Translations under genes and position numbers: made by a program
Shown here: piece by piece, positions 46,123 through 56,415 of the stretch
How positions within the stretch are numbered: the first letter of the stretch is position 1
Layout: each line of letters starts with the position of its first letter
Assembly (NCBI GenBank): GCA_043809145.1
Contig: JAZDED010000033.1
Location: forward strand, 18,196-82,195
Direction: 5' to 3'
From: Candidatus Omnitrophota bacterium
Lineage (GTDB): Bacteria; Omnitrophota; Gorgyraeia; Gygaellales; Profunditerraquicolaceae
DNA: 64,000 bases
Notes under the pieces: model-generated
Databases searched by the model: none
What the model saw: only the letters and a program-made list of their open reading frames with translations
What the model was told of the DNA's origin: nothing

Positions 46123-48867
46123 TTACCTAGTTTTTTTATTTTTTTCTCTTAATACTGCCTGCGCAGCCGCAAGCCTGGCAATCGGCACTCTAAATGGAGA
46201 ACAGCTGACATAATCCATTCCTATCTTGTGGCAAAATTCCACTGACCGCGCCTCGCCTCCATGTTCACCGCAAATACCAACCTCCAGATTCTTGCGCGCC
46301 TTTCTTCCTCTTTCAATACCAATCTTTATTAACTCTCCGATTCCCTCTTGATCAATGGACTGAAATGGGTCTTCTGGCAATATCCCCTTTTTAATATATT
46401 CGGGGACAAATCCGCCTATATCATCGCGGGAAAAACCAAATCCCATCTGGGTCAAATCATTGGTGCCAAAAGAGAAGAACTCGGCAATAGTAGCAATTTT
46501 TCCGGCAACTAATGCTGCGCGGGGAATTTCTATCATCGTCCCAAGCATATGTTTAATTTTCTTTAAATTATATTTCTTTAAAACCTCGGCATAAATATTT
46601 TTTGCAATTTTGAACTGGTCCTCAATCTCCTTAACATCGCAGACAACGGGTATCATAATTTCAGGATAGGGTTTTTTGCCTTCCTTAATCAATTCTGCGG
46701 CTGACTCAAATATAGCTCGTATCTGCATGGAGCTAATTTCTGGATAAGTAACCCCTAAACGCACTCCTCTATGCCCCATCATAGGGTTAGATTCATGCAA
46801 GCCGTCAGCGCGATGCTGCAACTCACCAAGAGTAATATTCAGGTCTTTAGCCAACTCTTCTAACTTTGCCGGCTCGCGCGGAACAAATTCATGTAACGGT
46901 GGGTCAAGCAAACGGATAACAACCGGATAACCATCCATAGCTTCAATGGTACCCTTAATATCCCTCTTAACAAAAGGAAATAACTCATTGAGCGCCTTTT
47001 TTCTTTCATCTTCGGTTTTTGATACAATCATTTTCCGTAAGATAAATAGAGGCTCATCAGAACCTTTACCATAAAACATATGTTCTGTTCTAAAAAGGCC
47101 AATCCCCTCTGCGCCAAACTGCCTGGCCTTCTGGGCGTCGCTAGGGGTATCAGCGTTAGTCCTGATGCCCAGTTTCTTTATGCAATCACATAACTTTAAG
47201 AAATCATTTAAGACTTCGTTCTCCTCAGTAGCATCCATCATGGGAAGCTGGCCCTCATAAACATTACCCTTTGTCCCATTCAATGTAATCCAATCGCCTT
47301 CGTTAAGAACCTTATCCTGGACACTGAGCTGCTTCTTAGAATAATCAATATACATACCACTGCAGCCGACAATACAGCATTTTCCCCAGCCGCGCGCTAC
47401 CAGCGCAGCATGAGAAGTCATGCCGCCCCTGGCAGTAAGAACCGCTTCTGCCGCGCGCATACCCTCAACATCTTCAGGATTTGTCTCTTCCCTGACCAAG
47501 ATGACCTTCTTGCCCTGATTTTTCCATTGCACAGCTTCATGGGCGCTAAAAACAATCTGGCCTGTTGCGCCTCCCGGCCCTGCAGGAAGGCCCTTAGCCA
47601 ATGGCTTATTAGTGGCTTCTACCTTTGGGTCGATTATCGGATGAAGTAATTCATCAAGTTGAGCAGGAGTAACCCGTAAAACTGCCTCCTCCTTAGAGAT
47701 AAATTTCTCCTTATACATATCAACTGCCATGCGCACTGCCGCAGGACCATTACGTTTTCCTACCCGACACTGCAACATAAAAAGTTTACCCTTTTCAATG
47801 GTAAACTCAATATCCTGCATGTCGCGATAGTGTTTCTCAAGGCGATTGCGATACTCAAATAACTCCTTATATAACTTAGGCATCCCCTCTTCCAAAGTAA
47901 GCTGGCTCTTATTATGCGCGGATTTGGAATATTTGTTAATCGGCGCCGGAGTCCTGATACCTGCCACCACATCTTCGCCCTGGGCGTTAATCAGATATTC
48001 TCCGTAAAAATTATTTTCTCCGTTACCGGGATTACGCGAAAAAGCTACACCTGTAGCTGAATCCTCACCCATATTCCCAAAAACCATGGTTTGAACATTA
48101 ACTGCCGTACCCCACTCATCCGGGATACCTTCAATACGGCGGTAACTTATGGCGCGCTTGCCATTCCAGGAAGAAAATACAGCCCCTACTCCACCCCAAA
48201 GCTGCTGTATCGGCTCATCCGGAAACTCCCTGCCTAAAACATCTTTAATTTTTTCTTTAAATTGAGCGCATAATTTCTTTAAATCATCAGAGGTTAAATC
48301 CGTATCCAGCTTATAACCTTTTTCCTTTTTCACTTTATCCATTATCTTTTCCAGCTGTTTACGGATACCTTGTTCATCCTTCGGTTCAATGCCAGCAGCT
48401 TTTTCCATAACTACATCGGAATACATCATAATCAGCCTACGGTAGGCATCATAAACAAAACGCTCATTATTTCCACTCTGTTTAACTAATCCCGGTATTG
48501 TCTTCTGGGTTAATCCTACGTTTAATACTGTCTCCATCATCCCGGGCATGGACTTTCGCGCTCCGGAGCGCACAGAAACCAGTAGCGGATTATCAGCATC
48601 GCCAAATTTCCTGTCCATAAGTTTTTCTACGTTAGCTAAAGCCTTCTGCACTTCTTCCTTCATGCCTTGAGGATAATTCTTTTTATGTTGATAATAATAA
48701 ATACACACTTCCGTGGTTATGGTAAATCCCGGCGGGACCGGCAGCCTTAAACTCTTATGCCCGGCCATCTCAGCTAAATTGGCGCCTTTTCCGCCGAGAA
48801 GATTTTTCATGCTCTCATTACCTTCTGCTTTACCGCCCCCAAACGAATAAACATATTTCTTTGCCAT
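46123..48867 (-). CDS. ppdK: pyruvate, phosphate dikinase
   Basis: LLGGKGANLAEM, GGMTSHAALVARGWGKCCIVG, FRTEHMF and SFGTNDLTQ. Confidence 0.95.
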   Translation of the reverse strand: MAKKYVYSFGGGKAEGNESMKNLLGGKGANLAEMAGHKSLRLPVPPGFTITTEVCIYYYQHKKNYPQGMKEEVQKALANVEKLMDRKFGDADNPLLVSVRSGARKSMPGMMETVLNVGLTQKTIPGLVKQSGNNERFVYDAYRRLIMMYSDVVMEKAAGIEPKDEQGIRKQLEKIMDKVKKEKGYKLDTDLTSDDLKKLCAQFKEKIKDVLGREFPDEPIQQLWGGVGAVFSSWNGKRAISYRRIEGIPDEWGTAVNVQTMVFGNMGEDSATGVAFSRNPGNGENNFYGEYLINAQGEDVVAGIRTPAPINKYSKSAHNKSQLTLEEGMPKLYKELFEYRNRLEKHYRDMQDIEFTIEKGKLFMLQCRVGKRNGPAAVRMAVDMYKEKFISKEEAVLRVTPAQLDELLHPIIDPKVEATNKPLAKGLPAGPGGATGQIVFSAHEAVQWKNQGKKVILVREETNPEDVEGMRAAEAVLTARGGMTSHAALVARGWGKCCIVGCSGMYIDYSKKQLSVQDKVLNEGDWITLNGTKGNVYEGQLPMMDATEENEVLNDFLKLCDCIKKLGIRTNADTPSDAQKARQFGAEGIGLFRTEHMFYGKGSDEPLFILRKMIVSKTEDERKKALNELFPFVKRDIKGTIEAMDGYPVVIRLLDPPLHEFVPREPAKLEELAKDLNITLGELQHRADGLHESNPMMGHRGVRLGVTYPEISSMQIRAIFESAAELIKEGKKPYPEIMIPVVCDVKEIEDQFKIAKNIYAEVLKKYNLKKIKHMLGTMIEIPRAALVAGKIATIAEFFSFGTNDLTQMGFGFSRDDIGGFVPEYIKKGILPEDPFQSIDQEGIGELIKIGIERGRKARKNLEVGICGEHGGEARSVEFCHKIGMDYVSCSPFRVPIARLAAAQAVLREKNKKTR

Positions 48868-48957
48868 TTCCTTTAAAACCCTCGCTTTCTAATGTGAGCC
48901 GCGCTCAAACGGCTAATGTTTACTCCTCAAACTAAATAATGATTATAGCTGATGGAG

Positions 48958-50274
48958 CTAATTATTCAACTTCTCTAGCAAATACCCTTTTAACTGTTCA
49001 ACCCCGATTCTCTCCTGCAGCATCGTATCCCGATCACGCACAGTCACCAATTTATCTTCGAGAGACTGCACATCCACGGTAACACAGAAAGGTGTACCTA
49101 CCTCATCCTGGCGGCGATACAACTTACCGATAGAAGCAGTGTCATCATAAGTAGTATAAAAACATTTTTTTAAATCATCGGCTATGCGCTTAGACACTTC
49201 TACAATCTCTGGCCTATTCTTCAAAAGAGGCAACACTGCCACTTTTACCGGCGCAAGAGATTTATGAAGTTTTAAAACTACTCTTATATCATCTTTTACC
49301 TTCTCCTCGGCAAAAGCATCAACCAAAATAGCCAGAACACATCTATCTACGCCGCCGGAAGGTTCAATAATGTAAGGGTAAAATTTTTCTTTTTTTACAT
49401 CATCAAAATATTTCATCTCCTTTCCGCTATATTCAGCATGCTGTTTTAAGTCAAAATCCGTCCGATTAGCAATACCCTCCAGTTCGCTCCAGCCAGCGCC
49501 AGTGGAAAATGGAAACTTATACTCAAGGTCAGTGCAGGCTTTAGCATAGTGGGCAAGCTCATCAGCAGCATGCGGCCTCTTCCTTAAATTTTCTTTTTTT
49601 ATCCCTAACCCCAGATACCAGTTAAATCTTTCTTCAACCCAATATTCAAAGTATTTATCCGCCTCTTCGGGGCGCACAAAATATTCAATTTCCATCTGTT
49701 CAAACTCGCGCGTCCTAAAAGTAAAGTTGCCAGGGGTAATCTCATTACGAAATGATTTACCAATTTGCGCCAGGCCAAATGGCAGTTTTGGATGGCGAGA
49801 ATCCAGAATATTGGAAAAATTAACAAACATACCCTGGGCAGTTTCCGGACGAAGATAAATAAGGCTCGCCTGTTCATCCACTGCCCCTTGATGCGTTTCA
49901 AACATAAGATTAAACTGCCTTGCCTCGGTAAGCTCACCGGAACACTCCGGGCATTTATTATTATCCTTGAGGTCCGCGGTCTTAAAACGTTTTTTGCAGC
50001 TTTTGCAATCACTTTTTAAATCATAAAAGTTCTTTACATGTCCCGAAGCCTCCCAAACCTTAGGATGCATAAGAATTGAGGCGTCTAATCCTAAAATATC
50101 GTAACGGCGGTGGACATTATTCTTCCACCAGGCAGATTTTAGATTATTCTTAAGTTCAACACCAAAAGGCCCGTAGTCCCAGGTATTGCTTAAACCACCG
50201 TAAATTTCCGAAGACTGAAATATAAGGCCGCGGCGTTTACATAACGAAACTATTTTTTCCATTGAATCATTCAT
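48958..50274 (-). CDS. glyQS: glycine--tRNA ligase (homodimeric GlyQS type)
   Basis: CKRRGLIFQSSEIYGG, YLRPETAQG, FRNEITP and PSGGVDR. Confidence 0.9.
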   Translation of the reverse strand: MNDSMEKIVSLCKRRGLIFQSSEIYGGLSNTWDYGPFGVELKNNLKSAWWKNNVHRRYDILGLDASILMHPKVWEASGHVKNFYDLKSDCKSCKKRFKTADLKDNNKCPECSGELTEARQFNLMFETHQGAVDEQASLIYLRPETAQGMFVNFSNILDSRHPKLPFGLAQIGKSFRNEITPGNFTFRTREFEQMEIEYFVRPEEADKYFEYWVEERFNWYLGLGIKKENLRKRPHAADELAHYAKACTDLEYKFPFSTGAGWSELEGIANRTDFDLKQHAEYSGKEMKYFDDVKKEKFYPYIIEPSGGVDRCVLAILVDAFAEEKVKDDIRVVLKLHKSLAPVKVAVLPLLKNRPEIVEVSKRIADDLKKCFYTTYDDTASIGKLYRRQDEVGTPFCVTVDVQSLEDKLVTVRDRDTMLQERIGVEQLKGYLLEKLNN

Positions 50275-50280
50275 AGGACT

Positions 50281-51666
50281 TTAAATATAACGCGCAAACT
50301 CTTGCGAATAAAAAACTGCCGTTTCCGTATCTATAGTATTATCTTCTAAATATCTGCGTATAGCGTCCTGCATAAGCTGCATCTTACTACTCACGCCCGT
50401 CTGCATCACTGTGGCAAGCTGGAATAATTCATCTTTGCGGATTATTCGCTTGACCGCGTCTGTCGCCATAAGGACTTCGGTAGCCAGAACCCTTCCTTTT
50501 CTATCCCTGCGCGGAATGAGCACTTGGGCAATAATACCCTTTAAGCAATTTGACAGTTGGGAGAGCATCTGCCTGCGGTTCTCCGCGGGAAACATGCTAA
50601 TCAGGCGATCAATAGCCTGTATTGAATCCGGGGCATGGAAGGTCGCCACAACCAGATAACCTGCTTCCGCGGCGATTATCGCCGTCTTAATGGTCTCGTA
50701 ATCATCCATCTCCCCAACCACAATTACGTTCGGATCCTGGCGCAAGCTGCTCTTTAAAGCGTCAGAGAAAGAATCCGTGTCAACTCCAATTTCGCGCTGC
50801 TTCACAATGCTTTTAATATTTTTATGCATATATTCAATAGGGCGTTCCAGAGTAATAATAACTACTCTTCTCTCGCGATTGATTAAATCTACCATAGCAG
50901 CAATGGTCGTAGTCTTGCCCGAACCAGTGGGGCCGGTAATTATGATAAGGCCGTCTCTTTGCCTGGCCAGGTCCTGCACTATATCTGGAATTCTCAATTC
51001 CTCAAATGAAAATGTTTTGGTCGCAATAAGGCGCAGCGCCGCTTCAGTGAAACCGCGCTGTTGATGCACATTAACCCGGAAGCGGTTTGAAATATCAAAC
51101 TGGATACCGAAATCGATCTCCCTCTTCTTTTCAAAAGCCCTTACTTGCTCCTTGGACATAAGGCTAAAAACCAGCTGCCGGATATCCTCAGCATGCAAAG
51201 CTTCACCTTCCAACGGGCGTAACTCCCCGTTAATCCTCATCACCGGAGAATATTCCGCCAATAAGTGCAAATCCGAAGCCCCTTTATCAATTGTAAGTTT
51301 AAGAAAATTATTTATATTTGAACGCTCGACATATTTACCGATATCTTCCTTATCCTCTTCAGCGATATGGGTAAATCTTGCCCCCACGCCAAATACATCC
51401 TTAGCTAAAGATTCTATACGCACCACCATAATCGTGGCACTAGTCATTTTATTTGAACGCGGTAACTGAAATTTGATATTTATTTCGCTGCGCAAAGCAA
51501 CAAGCTCGTCAATCTCAAAATAGAGGCCGTTAGGGCTTACGTTCTGGCAGATCGCAGTCTTGCTGTGGGAGATGCGCGAAACCGGATCAGTAAGTTCGCA
51601 CAATACGGTACTACGCAAGAATACCCGGGTATTAACCCTTCTCTCAGTTTCGAATCCGGGCTGCAT
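50281..51666 (-). CDS. N-terminal PilZ domain fused to a PilT-type type IV pilus retraction ATPase
   Basis: RVNTR (RxxxR) and NVSPNG (DxSxxG-like) in the first ~110 aa. Then ASDLHL, GPTGSGKTTT, ITLERPIEY, VVGEMDDYETI and TFHAPDS. Confidence 0.8.
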   Translation of the reverse strand: MQPGFETERRVNTRVFLRSTVLCELTDPVSRISHSKTAICQNVSPNGLYFEIDELVALRSEINIKFQLPRSNKMTSATIMVVRIESLAKDVFGVGARFTHIAEEDKEDIGKYVERSNINNFLKLTIDKGASDLHLLAEYSPVMRINGELRPLEGEALHAEDIRQLVFSLMSKEQVRAFEKKREIDFGIQFDISNRFRVNVHQQRGFTEAALRLIATKTFSFEELRIPDIVQDLARQRDGLIIITGPTGSGKTTTIAAMVDLINRERRVVIITLERPIEYMHKNIKSIVKQREIGVDTDSFSDALKSSLRQDPNVIVVGEMDDYETIKTAIIAAEAGYLVVATFHAPDSIQAIDRLISMFPAENRRQMLSQLSNCLKGIIAQVLIPRRDRKGRVLATEVLMATDAVKRIIRKDELFQLATVMQTGVSSKMQLMQDAIRRYLEDNTIDTETAVFYSQEFARYI

Positions 51667-51730
51667 AACTATTCTCCTTGTTATAATTGGAAATTTTTAT
51701 TATACCACAATAAAGTATCATTTCAAATAT

Positions 51731-52573
51731 TTAGAGAGCCTTTTTTACTTTATCAAATTCCGCATCTTTAATTTCATAAGAATGTTCCCGGGAAGGAAAA
51801 ATACCTTTACGCACCTCTTGCGCATATTGCTCAATTGCTGCGAGAATAACGGATCTGGCATCAACGAATTTCTTTACGAATTTCGGCAGATGTATTCCGG
51901 ATAAACCGATAAGGTCATGAATAACCAAAACCTGCCCGTCGCAGTACCTACCTGCGCCAATACCTATAGTAGGTATGGATATCCCTTGAGTTATTATACC
52001 GGCAATCCGCTCAGGGACACACTCTAAAATCAGGGCAAAACAACCCTCTTTTTCTAAGGCTTTCGCCTGACGAATCAATTCAACAGCCTGTTCTGCATCC
52101 TTACCTTGAACTCTAAAACCGCCCAATTTATCCGCAGTCTGAGGAGTTAATCCGATATGACCCATTACCGGAATTCCGCTTTTTATGATCTGTCCGGTTA
52201 TCTGGGCGCATTTGGCAAACCACTCCAGTTTTACAGCATTGCAACCAGCTTCATCTATAAAACGCCTGGCATTATTTAGCGCATCTGCAGAATCAAGCTG
52301 ATATGCCTCAAAAGGCATATCCCCTACCAAAAGCGCGTTTTTTACAGCCCTTCTTACAGCCTGGGTATGATAAAGCATTTGTTCCAAAGTCACATCTTTA
52401 GTTGAATCCAAGCCCAAAACAACATTAGCCAGAGAATCACCGACTAAAATAATATCAATACCTGCTTCATCTGCTATACTACCTAGAGGATAATCATAAG
52501 CCGTAAGCATGGTAATTTTGTGCTTTCCTTTGCTATCTGCAATTTGTTGAAAGGTTACTTTGTCTTTAGGCAT
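51731..52573 (-). CDS. panB: 3-methyl-2-oxobutanoate hydroxymethyltransferase
   Basis: ITMLTAYDYP, ILVGDSLANVVLG and VKLE. Confidence 0.9.
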   Translation of the reverse strand: MPKDKVTFQQIADSKGKHKITMLTAYDYPLGSIADEAGIDIILVGDSLANVVLGLDSTKDVTLEQMLYHTQAVRRAVKNALLVGDMPFEAYQLDSADALNNARRFIDEAGCNAVKLEWFAKCAQITGQIIKSGIPVMGHIGLTPQTADKLGGFRVQGKDAEQAVELIRQAKALEKEGCFALILECVPERIAGIITQGISIPTIGIGAGRYCDGQVLVIHDLIGLSGIHLPKFVKKFVDARSVILAAIEQYAQEVRKGIFPSREHSYEIKDAEFDKVKKAL

Positions 52574-52576
52574 GAG

Positions 52577-53815
52577 CTATTTAATAAAAACCAGCACAAA
52601 GAGAAAAATAGATAAAGAAACCATCCCGATAATCACTGCTATGGATATAAAATTGTAAAACTTGGAATTAGTATATTTGCCCATCAGCCTTTTGTTATTC
52701 ACCAATAAAAGCATAAAAAAAAGGACAAAAGGCAAGAGTAGACCATTAAAGGCCTGGGAAACCAACATAATCGGGATCAGCTTTACTCCCGGCAATAATA
52801 TAATTGCTGCGCCGATTATTATTATTGCGGTATAAAGAGAATAAAACTGCGGCGCCTCGCGAAAACGCCTGTTTACTCCCACTTCCCAGCCCATCCCCTC
52901 ACAAACTGAATAAGCTGTAGACAAGGGAAGTATACAGGCTGAGAAAACCGAAGCATTCAATAACCCAAAAGCAAAAAGATAAAAACAATACTCCCCTGCC
53001 AATGGCTTTAAAGCCAGAGCTGCATCTTTTGCCGATTCGATTCTTATGCCATTTGTAAAAAGGGTGTTGGCGCAGACAACCACAATAAATATAGCCACAA
53101 TGTTAACCACAAAAGAGCCCACTATAACATCTAATCTGCAATATTTGTAATTTTCTATTTTTATCCCTTTTTCTACTACCGAGGACTGCTGGTAAAATTG
53201 CATCCAGGGAGCAATAGTTGTCCCGACAACTCCGATAAGCATAAATACGTAAGTCTTGGTCCAGGTAATCTGCGGCCTGATAACGCTCAACCCCACCTCT
53301 TTCCAATTCGGATTAGACAAATAACCCGAAATAATATAGGAAATATAAAATATACAGGCAACCAGAAAAACCTTTTCTACTGTCTTGTAGGTCCCTTTTA
53401 CGATCAACCACCAGACAAAAACAGCGCATAGCGGAACAAGTATATATTTACTTATGCCCAAAAGCTCGGCGCTAGCCGCGATCCCGGCAAATTCAGATAT
53501 AGTATTGAAGATATTGGAGAAGATAAGCACGACCATGGCATAAAAAGTCACCTTCACCCCGAATTCTTCGCGGATTAAATCTGCCAAACCCTTACCGGTA
53601 ACCACAGCCATACGGCTACACATCTCCTGAATTATGGTTAGAACGAGTATTATCGGTATAAACGACCAAATCAGGGAATAACCGAAATGCGCTCCGGCAA
53701 CCGAATAGGTTGTAATGCCTCCGGCGTCATTATCAACATTGGCGGTAATAATCCCCGGCCCCATGATGGACAAAAAGAGTACTATTTCTCTCCAATATTT
53801 TTTCAGTTTACTCAT
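52577..53815 (-). CDS. NRAMP-family transporter with a non-canonical metal site
   Basis: GPGIITANVDNDAGG (canonical DPGN absent) and TTIAPWMQFYQQS (canonical A..MPHN Met absent). About 11 TM helices. Confidence 0.8.
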   Translation of the reverse strand: MSKLKKYWREIVLFLSIMGPGIITANVDNDAGGITTYSVAGAHFGYSLIWSFIPIILVLTIIQEMCSRMAVVTGKGLADLIREEFGVKVTFYAMVVLIFSNIFNTISEFAGIAASAELLGISKYILVPLCAVFVWWLIVKGTYKTVEKVFLVACIFYISYIISGYLSNPNWKEVGLSVIRPQITWTKTYVFMLIGVVGTTIAPWMQFYQQSSVVEKGIKIENYKYCRLDVIVGSFVVNIVAIFIVVVCANTLFTNGIRIESAKDAALALKPLAGEYCFYLFAFGLLNASVFSACILPLSTAYSVCEGMGWEVGVNRRFREAPQFYSLYTAIIIIGAAIILLPGVKLIPIMLVSQAFNGLLLPFVLFFMLLLVNNKRLMGKYTNSKFYNFISIAVIIGMVSLSIFLFVLVFIK

Positions 53816-53824
53816 ATCTCTAAC

Positions 53825-55216
53825 CTATATCTTTATCTCTTCCTGAGATTGAGCCTGTTGTTTAGGCAATACCTTGATTTTCTTTAACCTGCGCCAAGCA
53901 ATAGAAATAATCTGGCTCAAGACATCGTCTACAGTAACGATCCCCTGCAAAACATTATTATCATCAACGACCGGAATAGCATAATATTTATATTTTTCCA
54001 TCAGGTATGCCACTTCTTTAACGCTTGAATTAAGGCGAACATAATAAGTCTTGGGAAACATGACCTTTTCTATTAATTCATCGGGATTAGCAAAAATCAT
54101 CCTGCGAAAATTAGTCGAGCCGACAAGACGGTAATTCTCGTCAACGATATATACAAACTGAGCGGGTTCAGTTTTAAAAGACCGTATTTTTAGCTGGCTT
54201 AATACAGCATTGATTGAAGTTCCCTTAAGAAACGCCATGAATTCGGTAATCATTAACCCGGCTGCCGAATCGCTGGAATAACCCAAAAGCTCAGATAATT
54301 TCTTGGAGGTCTTACTCTCCATAAGCTTTAGGATTTTCTCGGTTTCATCCTTAGGCAGCTTCTCCAGAAAATCAATTGTTTCATCCGAAGGAATAGAGTT
54401 TAATAACTCTACGACATCCTTATCGCTAAGCTCTTCTACTAAAGAATTCTGTGTCTTGAAATCTATATTCACAAAAGTCCTGGCCTTGGTATTTATATCC
54501 AGTGATTTAAATAAAGCAACCTGGTGTTTAGTGCTTAAGTCCAGGAATATTTCCCCTAAATCTGCGGCAGGAATATTCGATAACTGGCTTTGAGGGGCGT
54601 CAATCTTAATAGTCATGCTCACCGGATTTATAGATAAAGGCTGAATAAATTTCCAGGATATCAGGTATTCAGCTTTGAGGTAACGGGCATTCTTATTAAC
54701 GAATCTGACTAAGAAATCCACGCTCTTCTCTAAGCCTAACCTGCGCAATAGGCCACGCGTACTTATATCAACATGCGCCAACATTAAGGAATCATCAACC
54801 AACAAAAGATGAATATCGTTTACCCTGATGACCTTATGGTTATAAGTATCCACAACCTGCTGGTCTAGAATATCCCTTCTTAAAGTAAATTCTGCTTTTT
54901 CATCATGCTTTTCGTAAAAATTAAGAGATTTGCCGTCGATCTTAAGCCTGACTTCTCTTTCATCTATTTCAGAGATATCTGACCATTTTACAAGGGCATA
55001 CTTACGGTTGGGATACCCGCGACGAATAATCAGGCTATCTGACTGCGGGTAAATTGCGCTCTTTTTAACCACAATGTCATATAATTCTCCAGCCTGGATG
55101 CCAAGATTATCTATAACAGGCTTATCCATAAGCTGAGACAAATACACAAACATCGGTTTAAACTTGGGATTATTAGCAATACTCTTATTAACGTTTTCGT
55201 TTGGCATCATTCCCAC
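53825..55216 (-). CDS. soluble MgtE_N + CBS-pair protein (no transporter TM domain), with an N-terminal PRC-barrel-like region
   Basis: LFKSLDINTKARTFVNIDFKTQNSLVEELSDKDVVELLNSIPSDETIDFLEKLP (MgtE_N-like), then YAIPVVDDNNVLQGIVTVDDVL (CBS). Ends without TM helices. Confidence 0.65.
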   Translation of the reverse strand: MGMMPNENVNKSIANNPKFKPMFVYLSQLMDKPVIDNLGIQAGELYDIVVKKSAIYPQSDSLIIRRGYPNRKYALVKWSDISEIDEREVRLKIDGKSLNFYEKHDEKAEFTLRRDILDQQVVDTYNHKVIRVNDIHLLLVDDSLMLAHVDISTRGLLRRLGLEKSVDFLVRFVNKNARYLKAEYLISWKFIQPLSINPVSMTIKIDAPQSQLSNIPAADLGEIFLDLSTKHQVALFKSLDINTKARTFVNIDFKTQNSLVEELSDKDVVELLNSIPSDETIDFLEKLPKDETEKILKLMESKTSKKLSELLGYSSDSAAGLMITEFMAFLKGTSINAVLSQLKIRSFKTEPAQFVYIVDENYRLVGSTNFRRMIFANPDELIEKVMFPKTYYVRLNSSVKEVAYLMEKYKYYAIPVVDDNNVLQGIVTVDDVLSQIISIAWRRLKKIKVLPKQQAQSQEEIKI

Positions 55217-56150
55217 ACTTAATATGCAAATTACCCATAATTATTTTTGCCTGCGCGCCTTTAAAATTACTAACAAGCTGACAGCCGGCTTTATCACCCA
55301 TGATAAATACTGATGTAGCTAAGGCATCCGCGCTCACGCAATCATCGGCAATTACAGTTACCGAACTTATGCCATTATTCACAGGGCTTCCGGAGCGAGG
55401 ATCAAAGATATGAGAGAAACGCCTGTTCTTATTTAAAAAATACTGTTCGTAATTTCCCGACGTAGCAATAGCCTTATCCCTTAACCGGACATACTCGCGG
55501 ATACGATTACTTCCTGGCTGCCTTACTCCTACACGCCAGGGCTTGCCTGATTTATTACCCAAACAATAGATGTCTCCGCCGGCATTTATCAAACAACTTT
55601 TAACCCCTGCTTCTTTTAATTCCCTTACGGCGGAATCTACAGCATAACCCTTGGCTAACCCTCCCAAATCCAGGGTCATTCCCGGAACTTCGAATTTTAC
55701 CACAAAGTTGTCTTCATCCAAAATAATCTTTTCATATCCAACCAAAGCCAAAGCTTCTTTTATCTGAGCTGAATCAGGTATTCTATATTTCTTATCGGTA
55801 AAACCCCAGACTTTTAATAGCGGGCCAACCGTTATGTCAAAAGCCCCTGCGCTGAGCTTATAGAACCTTCCCGCTTCATTTAAGAGATATAATACCTCTG
55901 CCGAAACCTTTGACTCACCATATTTATTTAATCTAAATATCTGGCTTTGGGAATCATATTTACTGAATAATCCCTCTACCCTTTTAATTTCCTGAAAAAC
56001 TATTTCCGACGCTTTTGGTTCAGGTGAAATAACCTCCACCATAGTACCCATCATCAAACGGTTATTTATATACAAGTTCTCATCTGCACACCCTGTCAGC
56101 AGGCAATATACCGCGCAAATGACAAAAAATAAAATTTTATTCACCAACAA
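55188..56150 (-). CDS. apbE: FAD:protein FMN transferase (ApbE) lipoprotein
   Basis: Lipobox LLTGC, MGTMVEV, FDITVGPL and LDLGGLAKGYAVD. Confidence 0.8.
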   Translation of the reverse strand: MLVNKILFFVICAVYCLLTGCADENLYINNRLMMGTMVEVISPEPKASEIVFQEIKRVEGLFSKYDSQSQIFRLNKYGESKVSAEVLYLLNEAGRFYKLSAGAFDITVGPLLKVWGFTDKKYRIPDSAQIKEALALVGYEKIILDEDNFVVKFEVPGMTLDLGGLAKGYAVDSAVRELKEAGVKSCLINAGGDIYCLGNKSGKPWRVGVRQPGSNRIREYVRLRDKAIATSGNYEQYFLNKNRRFSHIFDPRSGSPVNNGISSVTVIADDCVSADALATSVFIMGDKAGCQLVSNFKGAQAKIIMGNLHIKCGNDAKRKR

Positions 56151-56412
56151 TCACCTTAACCATATTCTTAAGCTCGGCAGGAGGTAGGCGGTATTTAACC
56201 AGACAATCAAGCGCTCCCAGTTCTACAGCTCTTTCTTTTTCCTCGCGGGAATCGCGCGATGTCAGAACTAAGACTGGTATATCCTTTAAGGCGGGGTCGC
56301 TTTTAACCATGGTAAGGAATCCAAACCCGTCAAGCCCAGGCAGGCTTAACTCAATAATAATAAGGCTGACGGGAAGGCTGTATTTTATACGTTCTAATGC
56401 CTGGCTACCCTT
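56137..56412 (-). pseudogene. N-terminally truncated receiver-domain copy (tandem partial duplicate of the upstream response regulator)
   Basis: Directly after the stops TAG TAA the frame reads KGSQALERIKYSLPVSLIIIELSLPGLDGFGFLTMVKSDPALKDIPVLVLTSRDS... This aligns to residues ~36-125 of the 56416-56793 protein. There is no start codon, no acidic pocket, and the phospho-acceptor Asp position is Glu. Confidence 0.5.
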
Positions 56413-56415
56413 TTA

